A stretch of 64,000 nucleotides of DNA from Octopus sinensis (GCF_006345805.1 NC_043015.1:3968001-4032000), one strand, 5' to 3'; shown: positions 13,417-25,985, counted from the stretch's first letter. The notes: a model not told the origin generated them from the letters alone. Numbers and translations are program-made.

Positions 13417-14126
13417 TAACGATTAAATAATTAAATTTAGAAAAATTAGAAGAAAAGTTTTTTTAAAGAATATTTCTATAGTAGTGTTCAGATTTAAGTG
13501 GCATTCTGCCTTTCTCTGACTCCCTTGTTTGCACTTGTGTGTTCGAGGTAGTTGTGAGCTCTTGGTAGGGTAGTAGAGAGAAGGCTGGTGAGGAAAGGGG
13601 GGTGGGAGAATATGGGAGTGCCCTGATGGTCGTATTTTGAATGGTCAGTGGCGGCTGGCAGTCTCAGTTCAATTCAGGAGAATATTTATATTGACAGGCT
13701 TCTTTATAGAATTAGCGTAGGTGTTATACTAAAAAACATTAGTGACAAACTTAAGGGGTAGGGGGTGGAGAAGAAGAAGAAGAAGAAGAAGAAGAAGGAG
13801 AAGGAGAAGGAGAAGATGACGATGATGGTGATGGTGGTGATGATTATGACGACGATGATGAAGATAACGATGATGATGAAGAAGAAGAAGAAGAAGAAGG
13901 AGAGAAGGAGAAGATGGTGGTGATGATGGTGGCGATGATGATGATGCCGATGATGATGATAACGATGATGATGAAGAAGAAGAGGAAGAAGAAGAAGAAG
14001 AAAAACAGAGAAGGGAGAATATGAATGTAAATATAGCTATGAAGGGGCTGATTAGTAATGGATTCTATTGAGTGTAGTATTTGTGTGTGTATATATTTTT
14101 TTCTTTTATTCTAAAGTTGAGGTATA

Positions 14127-15737
14127 TTAATTGTTTGTCGTAGACCCGTTAAGAAGTGGCTTGTATTTTGTAATAAAGAGATTTTCTTTACTTATTCGTT
14201 GTCTCGAGGTTGTATCGTCCCTAAATTGGTAGAGGGGGAAAATTCTGAAGTTTGGTGTTTTTTTGTTGGCGCAAGTATCTATGTGTTGGCTAAAAGCTAT
14301 TTTTCTGTTTTGGGGAATTTTTATCTGGGATCTGTGCAGGGCCATTCGTTTACGCAAACCATTTTTTGTTTGGCCTATGTACTGCTCTTGACACCCGGAG
14401 CAGGTTAGTGAGTATATTAGGTTCTCCGAAGCACATGTGAAGTTGCTTTTCACTGTAAAACGTTGTCCCTGTTTGAAGGAGAACTCAGAACCCTCGATTA
14501 GATAGTCGCATATCCCGCAATTGGGTCTTCCACATTTTTTTACTGTCGGCTTCTGTGTTGAAGAGTGAATTCGGGCTTGTGTAAGGAGACTTTTCATGGA
14601 TCTAGGCTGTCTTTTGCTTTTTATGATCGTGTGTGTTTGGAGGATTGTGTTCATTCTGTGGTCTTTTTTTAGGAGGGGTATGTTGTGGAGGATGGTGTCG
14701 AAGGCTTCGTTATTGAGAGGGTTGTGTGTGGAGATGTATGGTAAGGCTTTTGGTTGTAAGTTTTTCTTTGATTTGGGATGTCTCAGTTCCTTGATGTTAA
14801 GTTGAAGGGCACGTTGAATGCATTTGTCAATAAGTGAAGGTGGATAGTTCCTGGTGATTAGGGTATCTTTTAGTTCTTGTAGTCGTGTGTCTCTGGTGTT
14901 TGCGTTAGAGACTATAGTGCATATCCTTTTTGCTAGATTGAAGGGGATATTCATCCTGGTGTGTCTGGGGTGGCATGAATTGAATGGAAGATATTGCTTA
15001 GAGTCTGTAGGCTTATAGTATATGTCTGTTTCTATTATATTATTAGCTTTCTTAATGAGGATATCGAGGAAGGGGAGTTGTTGTTGGCTATATTCCATCG
15101 TGAATTGGATGTTTACGTCCAGTCCGTTTAAAATTTTCTGGAATTCTATGAGTTTTTCTATATTTTTATGCCAAAGGATGAAACAGTCATCTAGATATCT
15201 CTTCCAGTTGTTTTCTATGTAGATGGAGAAAGGGCTGCCATATCTTTCTAGAACCTTACGATACAGACTGATCTCTAGGTATCCTATGACTAGGTTGGCA
15301 AAGGAGGGGGCCATTCGTGTACCCATCGCAGTCCCCGATTTTTGTCGGTAGAAGTTGTCATTGAAGGCGAAGAAGTTATTTTCCAGGATGAATTTAACCC
15401 CTTCTATCACAAATTCTTTTTTGATGCGGTGTGGTAGTTCGTTGGCGTGATTCTCTAGCCAGAATTGGATTGCCTCTAGTCCTAGGTTGTGGGGGATATT
15501 GGAGTAGAGGTTGACTACATCGAAGGATACCAGTATGGTGTTTTTGTTTATAGTATTCGGTAGGTGATTGAGCATATCTAAGTCGTCCCTTATATAGCTT
15601 TTGACATGTTTGAGGAGTGGTTTTAACAGGGTGTCTAAAAAGTTACTGAGGCGGTGGGTTTCGCATGCGGGACCTGCTATTATGGGTCTCAATTTGAGGT
15701 CATTAGGATTAGGGACTTTAATTATTTTGTCTGTAGC
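14127..15737 (-). CDS. PLE reverse transcriptase + GIY-YIG endonuclease (N-terminally truncated, 536 aa uninterrupted)
   Basis: RT motifs LRPIIAGP, SFDVVNLYSNIP, QKSGTAMGTRMAPSFANL, RYLDDCF, LPFLD, YYKPT; Cys cluster CGRPNCGIC; NLIYSLTCSGCQEQYIGQT (GIY-YIG-like). The first 27 aa of the computed ORF (start 15818) come from the RTE relic and (TA)n. Confidence 0.92.
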   Translation of the reverse strand, partial: ATDKIIKVPNPNDLKLRPIIAGPACETHRLSNFLDTLLKPLLKHVKSYIRDDLDMLNHLPNTINKNTILVSFDVVNLYSNIPHNLGLEAIQFWLENHANELPHRIKKEFVIEGVKFILENNFFAFNDNFYRQKSGTAMGTRMAPSFANLVIGYLEISLYRKVLERYGSPFSIYIENNWKRYLDDCFILWHKNIEKLIEFQKILNGLDVNIQFTMEYSQQQLPFLDILIKKANNIIETDIYYKPTDSKQYLPFNSCHPRHTRMNIPFNLAKRICTIVSNANTRDTRLQELKDTLITRNYPPSLIDKCIQRALQLNIKELRHPKSKKNLQPKALPYISTHNPLNNEAFDTILHNIPLLKKDHRMNTILQTHTIIKSKRQPRSMKSLLTQARIHSSTQKPTVKKCGRPNCGICDYLIEGSEFSFKQGQRFTVKSNFTCASENLIYSLTCSGCQEQYIGQTKNGLRKRMALHRSQIKIPQNRKIAFSQHIDTCANKKTPNFRIFPLYQFRDDTTSRQRISKENLFITKYKPLLNGSTTNN

Positions 15738-16716
15738 AATATATATATATATATACTTCTCGTAGTTCTCAGCGTGGTTGGTTGTGCGAGATTGGCCATC
15801 ACACATTCTTAACACCAAGGAATCTGCGCTACAGAGATCTGTAACCTTGGTTAAAGGCCCCTTTCTTCTCAGGGCATGGCGGTTGTGCCAGGTGTGCTAG
15901 CTGGGCAGACCTCTTCTTTTTAAATAATTCCAAGATCAGTACGACATTTTCGTCAACCCAATCTTTGTTTTATTTTTATTCGAAAACACACAGACGTCTG
16001 CAGTTGGAGACGGATCAGACGGGTAATTGGATTGATCAAGCATTATCTGTAAGTCTGCCTAGAAGTTTACTTTCACTTCGTTTATCAGCACACAAACTAG
16101 TTTTGATTTTCTTGCTCTTGGTTATCCCTCTCTTTTCACGGTTTGAATTTGTAAAAGATCAGGCGATAGTCAGTAAGGCATTCTCCCTGGGCATGACTAT
16201 GGTCTGCATGATATCAGACTGACAATGTTGGCACATTAGGACGCAGTGTAGTAAGTACCAGTATTTTAATCGGGTATGCCTCTAGATTTCTCTTTGCTGC
16301 GAGATGTTTTGTTGATGACGAGCTGATGTTCGGGGAAAAACGCAAGAGATACTCACCCGTTATCGTTGCAGATCCCAACCGGATGCTTTCCGAGGACTTC
16401 TCTCGAGGTTTTTGAATTTCGACCCACTCTGGCGTTCAAATCTCCTAGGCTTATGATCTAATCATCGACAGAGTTTCCCTGAAGGAGTCTACTGAAGTTT
16501 GAGTACAAATAGTCATTGTTTTCTGGGTTTGAGTGCCGGGTCGGTGAGTTAACGCGAAATATCGTGGCATACTCCTTCTTTTTCTGAATGTGGATGCATG
16601 GAGCTGATGTTGTGAGAATGACCTGCTGGTAGGATTCCCGGCTTTGAGACAATGGAATTTCTTATGAAATCGACACCTGAACGTCATGTCGTATGGTGTT
16701 TTGCTTGACCAATATA

Positions 16717-17990
16717 CGAGGGACGTTCAATAAGTAATGCCTCTGACCCACTTCCCATAGCAGTAGAGCAACGACACTTGGCACAGTTATTAGACTTTTT
16801 CTACATAGGAACCACCCAGAGTTACGCATTTCTCCCATCGTTTGATGCGGCTGTGGAGACCGTTTTTGTAGAAGAACCCAGCTTGGTCCTCCAACCTCAA
16901 CGTGGCTTCAGAAATCAAGGCTGCATCATCTGGGAAACGCTTTCCTTTCAAAAACAACTTCATGATTGGGAAGAGGTGAAAATCAGAGGGTGAAAGGTCA
17001 GGAAAGTAGGGGCATGGGGAGGAGTTCATAGCCATACGTCTGTGCTTCTGATCTGGCGACAAGCGAGTTGTGGACCGGAGCGTTGTCCTGCAGGAGGAGG
17101 ATGCCTTTGCTGATCTTGCCCCGCCTCTTGATTTTGATAACTTCTCTTAATTTCCTCAAAAGTGAAGCATAATAGGCTCCTGCAATTGTGGTACCCTTTG
17201 CCAGGAAATCTGTCATCACTACTCCGTCCTGGTCCCAGAAGACTGTGAGCATGACCTTGCCAGCGGAGGGCTGCACCCTTGCCTTCTTTGGAGGGGGTGA
17301 GTCACGGTGCTTCCACTGCATTGACTGGGCTTTGGTCTCTGGACCATCGTGATGGACCCAGGTTTCATCCTGTGTAATCAGTCTTTTGAAAAATTTTGAC
17401 TCATCTTCTTGGCACATCTCCAAATTCACCCTCGAGCATTCGACGCGTTCTTGCTTCTGGAAAGGCGTGAGCAACCTGGGAATCCATCTGGCAGACACAT
17501 TTTGCATATGCAAATGGTCATGAATGATAGTTTCCACAGACCCGTTACTAATCTTGACCTCATGAGCTATTTGGCGAATAATTATGCGTCGATCTTCCAA
17601 AATGGCAGCTTCAACTTGACGGACAGATGCCTCATCAGTGGCAGAAGGGGGCGACCAGATCTGGGAGCTGTTTCCACAGAGTTCCGACCATGTTTGAATT
17701 CACGATGCCAGCGTTTTACAAGGTCATATGATGGGGCATCATCACCATAAGTTACTTGCATTTCATCAAAAGTCTCCCGTGGTGTGCGTCCTTTCAAATA
17801 CAAAAACCGGATCACTGCTCGACACTCAACAGGCTCCATTTCACACTAGACTCGGTTCAAACACATGTAAATCAGAAACCACAACAAATTCAGAGCTGTA
17901 ATTTGCCACGTACTCTATAGAGATATAAATGAATGCACATACAAAATTTCTGCAAGTGGGTCGGAGGCATTACTTATTGAACGTCCCTCG
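16717..17990 (-). mobile_element. Full-length mariner transposon (1274 bp)
   Basis: 37-bp TIRs CGAGGGACGTTCAATAAGTAATGCCTC(T/C)GACCCACTT with 1 mismatch; TA duplication at 16715-16716 and 17991-17992. Confidence 0.96.
16790..17839 (-). pseudogene. Mariner DD34D transposase with two frameshifts
   Basis: Three ORF pieces: HTH MEPVECRAVIRFLYLKG..RSGRP; WIPRLLT, ITQDETW, LLQDNAPVH; YFPDLSPSDFHLF. D-to-D spacing counts to 34 across the frameshift. Confidence 0.93.
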
Positions 17991-19327
17991 TAGTGTGTAC
18001 CGTGCACAATGTTCTTTCAAGCAGTCTCACTTTGTGAGCCGGACTTCGCTAAGAGCTGCAATATCAATATCTTGCCTAGAGAGTTCATGTACAATGAGAG
18101 CGGAACAGCGTTATCGGTGACCTCTGTTGCCTGAGTCAAGGATGGGATTTCTTGAAATTTAGAATTTATCTCTCGAACTTAGATTGGTATATGAAAATAG
18201 ATATGATTGTATGATAGCAGCTATCTTCAACAAGGGATAGGGTTCAAGTATTAAAATGCTTAAACAATTTCAACAAATGCAAAATCAATAATTACAAACA
18301 GTTCACCTTAATAAATATATCAGTATTTCTAAATTCTCAGTATTTTAGGGGTCTCTGGCAAATAATTCACATACAAATCTTACACTCACCTGGAAAGTGA
18401 AACAAAAATATTTTATTTCACTGTTATCATTATTACTATTGAAATCTACATCGGAGCTCTTTAGAAATTCCGTGTCAGCATTCCATTTTATCCAATTTAA
18501 AAGCATACCGTGTGAATTTCCTCACATTTATTATATTTGGCAATAAGTCATTCTTTCATCATTTAGTCATGTAAAGAGTTAATTGGTTCCTCCCTTACTT
18601 ATGGAAAATCACATTTTTCTATTTGGTAAAGAAAAAGACAATTTAATTATAGGAAAAAATACCTAAATCTCTTAAAGTTGGCACTTTCCCCTCTATAACC
18701 AAAACACCATGATAAACTGAAAAACTTTTTTTTTTCAACACTTCCGAAATTTTTTACAATCTTTCCTTCTCTAATAAAGTCATTCAGCATCTTCATAAAA
18801 ATTGGATTAATTAATTTTCCTCCAATCTACATCACGGCAATAAGATAATTTAAAATGATTTAGTCAATGTTTCAAAAATATGCCAAAATATATATTACGC
18901 TTTAATATATGGTTTTTCTAAGTAAGTGCACATAACTGCTGGCTGTGTATATGGAAATGTCATGGAAATTAAATTAAAAACAAATGTCTAACTTCGATTG
19001 CAAAAATAATTTCCAGGTTACTAATGGGCTGATTTCTTAGCATGTTGGCACATTTTTAAGAATATGAAATGCCTGATTTTTTATTGGAACAAAGCCATAT
19101 ACACACACATACACAGACAGGCACACACACACGCACATAAACACATGTATACACAGAAACATATACATATATACATATATATGTATATATAGATATACAT
19201 AAATACATATATTGATTATCTAAATATATATATATATGTATATATATGTATATGTGTGTGTGTGTGTACATATATGCACTTACATGTATATATATGTATA
19301 TATGAATGTGTGTGTGTGTGAGTGTGT

Positions 19328-19598
19328 GGAGACGGAATGACCCAGTAGACTCGGTGCCATAGGGTCGCGGTCTCGATTCACAGACCGGGTGTTGGGAGTT
19401 TTTATTGAGCGAAAACACCTAAAGCTCCACGTGCACGGGTGTAGTGGCGAACCCTGCTATATTCTTACACTACAACTTTCTCTCACACCTTCTCTCTGTT
19501 TCTGTTGTAACTGGGTGTCAAAAGCCAGCCTTGTCGCACTCTGTGTCACGCTGAATATCCTCAAGAATTAGGTTAAGGGTACACGTGTCTGTGGAGTC
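19328..19598 (+). mobile_element. tRNA-headed SINE family C, tail type 1
   Basis: Head and body homologous to 25088 and 51378 (TTTATTGAGCGAAAACACCTAAAGCTCCACG), with a different 3' part. Confidence 0.85.
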
Positions 19599-20958
19599 AT
19601 TGGACATGGCCCTAGTGGGGCTCATATAATATTTTAATCTGCTAGCATTTTATTCTTAAAATATGTGCAATAAACCAACTATTATTCGATAATGCACAAT
19701 ATATCTTACAAATATTTAATTATAAAAATATAATGAGGTATTTCGAAATCTTCAACTGGTTATGTATGTCCAGTAGAGTAAAATGTATATGAAAGGAGTC
19801 CAGAGGCAAAAATTGGTTCAGAATCACTAATCTAGTTATACGTATGTGGATGCTTAGTAAATATATTGGGTTACATCCAATGTAACACAAAATATAATAC
19901 ATTTAAAAAAGCACAACGTTTTGAGGATGTGAGAGCAAACTAATATCAACAATGTAAGCTTTCGTTTCATTGCCATTCCATTACAGTACATATATGTTTA
20001 AATCAGTCTATGAATGAGCAGCATAAAACAACATCATATTGATCTGTAAGTTCGCTCTTATAAACTAGGTATCAAGAATAAAAACGAGTTTTGAAAACAA
20101 AAGAAATTAGTATTGTGAAAAGATCAAAAAGTCAGATTTGAAGAAAAAAATGAATACTTAATGATGTATCTCAGTTACCTGGAATTCAATGGGACTTTAG
20201 AATATATAATATTCGTTGTATCGTTCGAGAGGAATATAATAGATCGAAGATTTGAAAATGAAATATAAAGAGATAATATTGACTGTAGGCTATCATATAA
20301 TTGAAAGAATATGGAGACTAACACGTACATAAGTGGAAACAAGTGTATCATTCGAATAGATAACCAGAATGACGCACACATTCTCAAAATATAGCATTTA
20401 AAAATAAATAAACAAATATAAGCACAAATATTAATAGAAGTGTAAATATACATTGAAAGTAAGCATACGAAAATATTTAAGATACCAAATATTATATATG
20501 CAATGGTAAAAATAAAACATGATCTCAATACAACAACAAACATTAAATAATATACACACATTTCTATAAACATATATTACTTTATTGATTTCATATAAGT
20601 GCTTTGTATAATCATTCCTTGTGTGATGTTGTTTATGGAACACAAGTAAAATGTATTGAAAGAGCACGATATATCGCCCCCACTCTTGTTTTATATTCAT
20701 GATCTGTGTTTGAAAATATTTGAAATGAACTAGAGAAAAGAAGAGAATAGTAATCCCTTCCTTCCTCACATATATATCCGTTGAAATAAAACCACCAGAA
20801 TTTTAAAACTTGATAATACATCGGATAAATCTACCGCACCTCTCAAATGTAATACATGCTCCTAAGTATAAGGCTCTTGCTTATTTCAAACTATATACAG
20901 CAGAAGACAATGCGTTGCTACATTTAACCAAAACATTCGATTGAACAGCCTTATACAT

Positions 20959-21134
20959 AGGCGCAGGAGTGGTTGTGTGGTAAGTAGCTTGCTTACCAAC
21001 CACATGGTTCCGGGTTCAGTCCCACTGCGTGGCATCTTGGGCAAGTGTCTTCTGCTATAGGCCCGGACCGACCAACGCCTTGTGAGTGAATTTCGTAGAC
21101 GGAAACTGAAAGAAGCCTGTCGTATAAATGTATA

Positions 21135-21178
<44 letters not shown>

Positions 21179-21382
21179 TCCCCCTAGCATTGCTTGACAA
21201 CCGATGCTGGTGTGTTTACGTCCCCGTCACTTAGCGGTTCGGCAATAGAGACCGATAGAATAAGTACTGGGCTTACAAAGAATAAGTCCCGGGGTCGATT
21301 TGCTCGACTAAAGGCGGTGCCCCAGCCTGGCCGCAGTCAAATGACTGAAACAAGTATAAGAGTATAAGAGTATAAGAGTATA
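20959..21382 (+). mobile_element. Full-length tRNA-headed CORE-SINE, family B (possibly Octopus OR-type)
   Basis: Box A TGGTTGTGTGG, box B GGTTCAGTCC, CORE-like ATCTTGGGCAAGTGTCTT, internal (TA/TG)n, tail (GAGTATAA)n, candidate TSD TATACAT at 20952-20958 and 21379-21385. Confidence 0.92.
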
Positions 21383-21835
21383 CATCCGGAAACATTGAAG
21401 CGATTGATCCCCAAAATTTAATTTCATCTTTCTATTCTGTACTCGACAGCTTTGTTCTCAAGAATACCTATAGTGAATTCTAACGTGAGTAGAGCTATCA
21501 TATGTATAGATTTGGTTGGAGTAGGGACACACAGATCAGCGTCCGTTTGTGTCTTTACTTTCTCGGTTACATCATATTTGATGGCTCATCAAATATGAAC
21601 GTACCGAATCCACTAAATCAATATATATTCCACCAAGTCCTATCGATATCGTTCGATTTATCTCATTCCCTTGCGTTCATACCCGATGGTTTTCTACTTA
21701 TAAATGAGTCTTCATTTAGCAAATTTACAGGTATAATACTAATGCATTATATTATTTAATATATTAAACGTATTATATGTGAATGTTTTTATATATTTTG
21801 CACTCCTATTCTGTATAATTATAATCATATATATA

Positions 21836-21864
<29 letters not shown>

Positions 21865-21876
<12 letters not shown>

Positions 21877-22234
21877 GCAGAAGTTGTGTGTGTATGTGTT
21901 TGTGTGTGGCGTAAGTTGACCAAAATTGAGAGTATGATAGAAAAAGGGTTATCTTCATTCCATAGGAGAAAAAATTCAAATCGGACCATGTTACGACCAA
22001 AAATTATTTACATCAAAAAGGCGCTTTTTTTCTATGAAAACCCCTGTTTTTAACGATTTTTGGATTGCTGTGTCGCCATTTTTCGGTGTATTTCAACCAG
22101 AAAAATGTTCACTTAAAAGGAATAACAAGCAACATAATGCAAAATGTTTACTTTTCAAAAATTCCAATTCTGCCGTTTTAAGCGCAACTAAAAAAAAAAA
22201 AAAAACCCGAGCAACGCCGGGTTGTATTGCTAGT
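21865..22234 (-). mobile_element. Non-autonomous Helentron/DINE-like element
   Basis: Terminus ACTAGC, subterminal hairpin AACCCGGCGTTGCTCGGGTT, CA-rich microsatellite near the other end running into (TA)n. Confidence 0.7.
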
Positions 22235-25087
22235 AATTGATACACATTTTTCAGATAGTACGTTGTGAAACGCCTGCGTGAGTACCTGTTTGTATGTACA
22301 ATGATATATTTTCCAGTTTTATGTAAATCTATGCAGGTATGTGTTTGTTCTTCTCATTAGTTTCCAAAGTGGATGACAGCGGACGACTATCATTATCATT
22401 TCATGTATTGTATTTTTTTAAATTTATTTTCTTCTACTTTTCATTTTTTCTTTTGTTACGGCTTTTGTATATTACAAACGTATATAATATCATGCAGTTC
22501 GAAAACAATGTATATCTCAAAATTTGAAGTCATTATCTGTTACCACATTTAAGCTTCAATTCCTAATGTGTAATTTTGTATATTTTTAATGCTTCAATAT
22601 GTGATTATCCTCCATGAGAGCAACATTGCATTTTATTCTTTATATTTTGTTACAAAGTTTAATACCAGAAGAATAAATGCATAGCATGTGCACCTGTAAA
22701 TGAACGCAAGAATAATCATAGTAAAATATCCATTCTGTATTTTTCGTATCTTATTTCAGCATATCTAAATGTCTATCTAACTATCTAAATACAAGACACT
22801 GAGTATTTCAAATTTATATAAACCGCTTTGCATTTTTCTGAATTATCTTTTCTTATCCTCATTCTATACGTTCATTCTTTGCTGTTCATTATATATGTTC
22901 AGAATTTAAAGGCTCGCGAATATAATACAGAAGTTAATTATAAATTCATGAGAAACAGCGTGGATTTTAATACAATGATAAGATTTCCCACGCGATAGAA
23001 AGTAAAATTTCTATGTATAGATGCATTCAACAATTTGGAGTGTTATACACAATAAAAACGTGAACTCCGAATTGATGATAGTTCTGTTACCTTTTAATTC
23101 AAGTTTTGCCAGTTCTGTTGTCTGAGAATTCGTGGCTCAATCGCTAAAGGAACACTACCGGTATTGATTATTGATTAATGGCAAAGAGAATATCATCATA
23201 CAACAAATGTCACAAAGACAAAGCTTAAATAACCACTCAATTTTTATAACTGTTGTTGTTTATTATATCTTCTAGAACAGGAATTAGCTCTTATTCATTC
23301 TCTCCCCACCTCTCCTATCTCACTCTCTCTCTCTCTCTCAGTATTCATCCTTTATTTTCTATATCACGGGACTAATTGTGTATGCAATGGGGCTCTATAT
23401 ATGCGCCTTCCCATATAATTGTATTATTTCCTTATGCAATATTTTATATGTAATCTGTAGTGGAAAACTGACATTCGCTGTTGTGACTGACTGGAAGAAA
23501 ATATTTCTGAAATCATATTTTAAAGCTGTTGCTTTTGAGCCATTATTGCCGGTTATTGAATATAGCTGTGCCTGCTTTTTGAGAACAGAGGAAGTGGATT
23601 GATGTGATGCTATCTATTTTCATATACTTCAGCGTAGGAAAGCAGTTTGCTCTCCAGAATTGTGTCATTCTTATTTTTGTTCTAAAATATTTGTTCAGTG
23701 ATTTATTAATATATCGATAATATTTTTATAGCTGGTGTTGAAACCTGCATAACTGACGATATTGCTTCAGTCAATGGGGATTAGAATGCTTCAGGAGAAA
23801 TATAAATTCTTTGCTTCGTGGGTCATCTGTCTTCGTAACTTGCATTGTGCTTTTGTGCAATGGTAGTTCTGATGTGATTTGGGAGTAGCAAATACGGTGG
23901 AAATTAGTTTTGTGAAAATTACTATATTTTCTGTAACTTAAGACTAACTCGTATATGTGTGATAAATGGGGATATACTTTGTTTACGTTGTGTTTAACTA
24001 ACCCGGCCATTTTATTTTGTATTGGAACAGTTTAAGAATGCAACAAAGAAAGCAACTAACAATAACTGTAGGTGCCTGTAGATGTAGGGATTTCTTCGTC
24101 CATAGTTTATTGAAATATATATCTTTTTGATTTTACAGTCGAATATACTGTATTGTCGTGTGGACAGTAACTCATTATTTCTCCCAGTTTCGTTATCTTG
24201 TGGAGAATAAAAGTCTTCGAAATGGGGATTACACCCACAAGTGTAGCACGTAAGCTTCCTACCTTCTAACATGTACAGGAGATGTGCTTATTTCTCCAGA
24301 TGTTGCCGAATATTCATCCAGTCAAATGCCGAATCAATTTTCTGTACATGTTTCAATATAAAGAATTGAGTGCACGATTTACTTAACTAGTGACATCGAC
24401 TAAAAGAAAAGACTATACAAGCTTTTAGTTTATTATTTCTGTCGATATAGGAAGTTGTAATGAAAACCAAAGCCTTTGTGCACATGGAACATATTACAAT
24501 ATGTATAAACTTTATTCTGAAATGAAGTGCGATGTGACCGTTATTCTTAGTTTTATGAACCGACATACGTAATACAACATTAGCTGTTGTGCTTGAAGCA
24601 ATAACGTATTGTTTTGAAAATTACACTTGATGCTGCATCGTATCTTTATATCAAATAAATATAACGTATTATTTATGTTGTTGATTGTGGTAACGATAAA
24701 TTCGATTAAAGGCAATTATCTTCTAAAGTGAGATTAATTCACTATATTTTTTGTATATCACGAGGGGACACATTGTATCCTTTGTTTCAAAACAATTCCC
24801 AATGGCTTAGTTGTTTTAATCTCTTTCCATTTTAAGGTGTTTGCATAATCTTCGGAAGAATATATTTAAAGTAGAAAGAAGAAAATTATAGAGATATTAT
24901 ATGGATTTTCAGCACGTAGCATTTAACAGTTTTAAATGAAGTTTCAGATTATATATTTTACATTTTACCTTTCCATGAGGACGAATGCATGGTTCAGAAC
25001 GTTTTGGTTCAGGTAATATTGATATGTACCTGATTACATATGGACCATGTATATATATACATAAACATGTATATATATATATATATA

Positions 25088-25392
25088 TCACCGTGACCAA
25101 CCAGACTATCAGATGTTGCTACACATCGCTGGTCACAATGCGCTTTGCATTGTTTTAACCTTCAAGTGACGCCACCCCGCTGGCTAAGCGAGCAGGCAAA
25201 CAGAAGAAAGAGTGAGAGAAAGTTGTGGCGAAAGAATACAGCAGGAGTCGCCACCCCACCCCCCGGCCGGAGCCTCGTGGAGCTTTAGGTGCTTTCGCTC
25301 AATAAACACTCACAACGCCCGGTCTGGGAATCGAAACCGCGATCCTACGACCGTGAGTCCGCTGCCCTAACCACTGGGCCATCGCGACTCCA
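25088..25392 (-). mobile_element. SINE family C, tail type 2
   Basis: Box A TGGCCCAGTGG, box B GGTTTCGATTCC; 3' tail ...GTGTAGCAACATCTGATAGTCTGGTTGGTCACGGTGATA shared with 51378. Confidence 0.9.
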
Positions 25393-25455
25393 CACACACA
25401 CACATATATATATATATACTGCTACTACTGGTGCTGCTGCTGCTACTACTACTGT

Positions 25456-25508
<53 letters not shown>

Positions 25509-25920
25509 ATAATAATAATAATAATAATAATAATTGTAATAATATTATCATAATGCGTTCAATAAAAATTAGCTATGACCTAGAACACATCTCGAAGTTT
25601 GCTTACACCTACAATTGCGCGCCGATCACACTTACCTTTGAAGAGGGACTACTGCTGCTACAGGTATCTAGAAGATTTGAATGGGTCAACGAACCACATA
25701 GGAGAACATTTACCAGATTCTTTTTCTTGTGATCGTTTTACGTTGCGCGTAAAATGTAAAGAACCTACGCAACTTTCCGCATAGTCAAAGGTTTTCTATT
25801 TTTGCTCTTTTTATCTTCTTATGCTTATTCCAACCTATGTTATCGGCTTGGCAAATGAAACCGATAAAATTAGTAGTACGCTTAAAAGAAAGATATTTTG
25901 TGCGTTTGTTCGAATATAAT

Positions 25921-25985
25921 TCCTGAAGGAGGTGCCCCAGTATGACCGCTGCCAAATGACTGGAACAAGTAACAGATAAAGATAA
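25921..25985 (+). mobile_element. 3' tail fragment of SINE family B
   Basis: GGAGGTGCCCCAGTATGACCGCTGCCAAATGACTGGAACAAGTAA matches the family B tail. Confidence 0.6.

Larger units (their letters stand above)
13327..15738 (-). mobile_element. 5'-truncated Penelope-like retroelement (PLE) flanked by (TA)n on both sides
   Basis: RT + GIY-YIG ORF, about 800-nt 3' region ending in a hammerhead-bearing segment; (TA)n at 13258-13326 and 15739-15755. Confidence 0.92.
15756..18170 (-). mobile_element. Decayed RTE-clade LINE 5' part (APE endonuclease), interrupted by the mariner
   Basis: SALIVHELSRQDIDIAALSEVRL ... ARYTL|YWSSK ... IISLGDLNARVGRNS..VLGKHPVGICNDNG ... TDYRLI. The frame is restored when the mariner and one TA are removed. 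Confidence 0.8.

Noticed and set aside
15738-15818. N-terminus of the computed 563-aa ORF as the true PLE start
   Set aside because: It derives from the RTE relic and a (TA)n tract.
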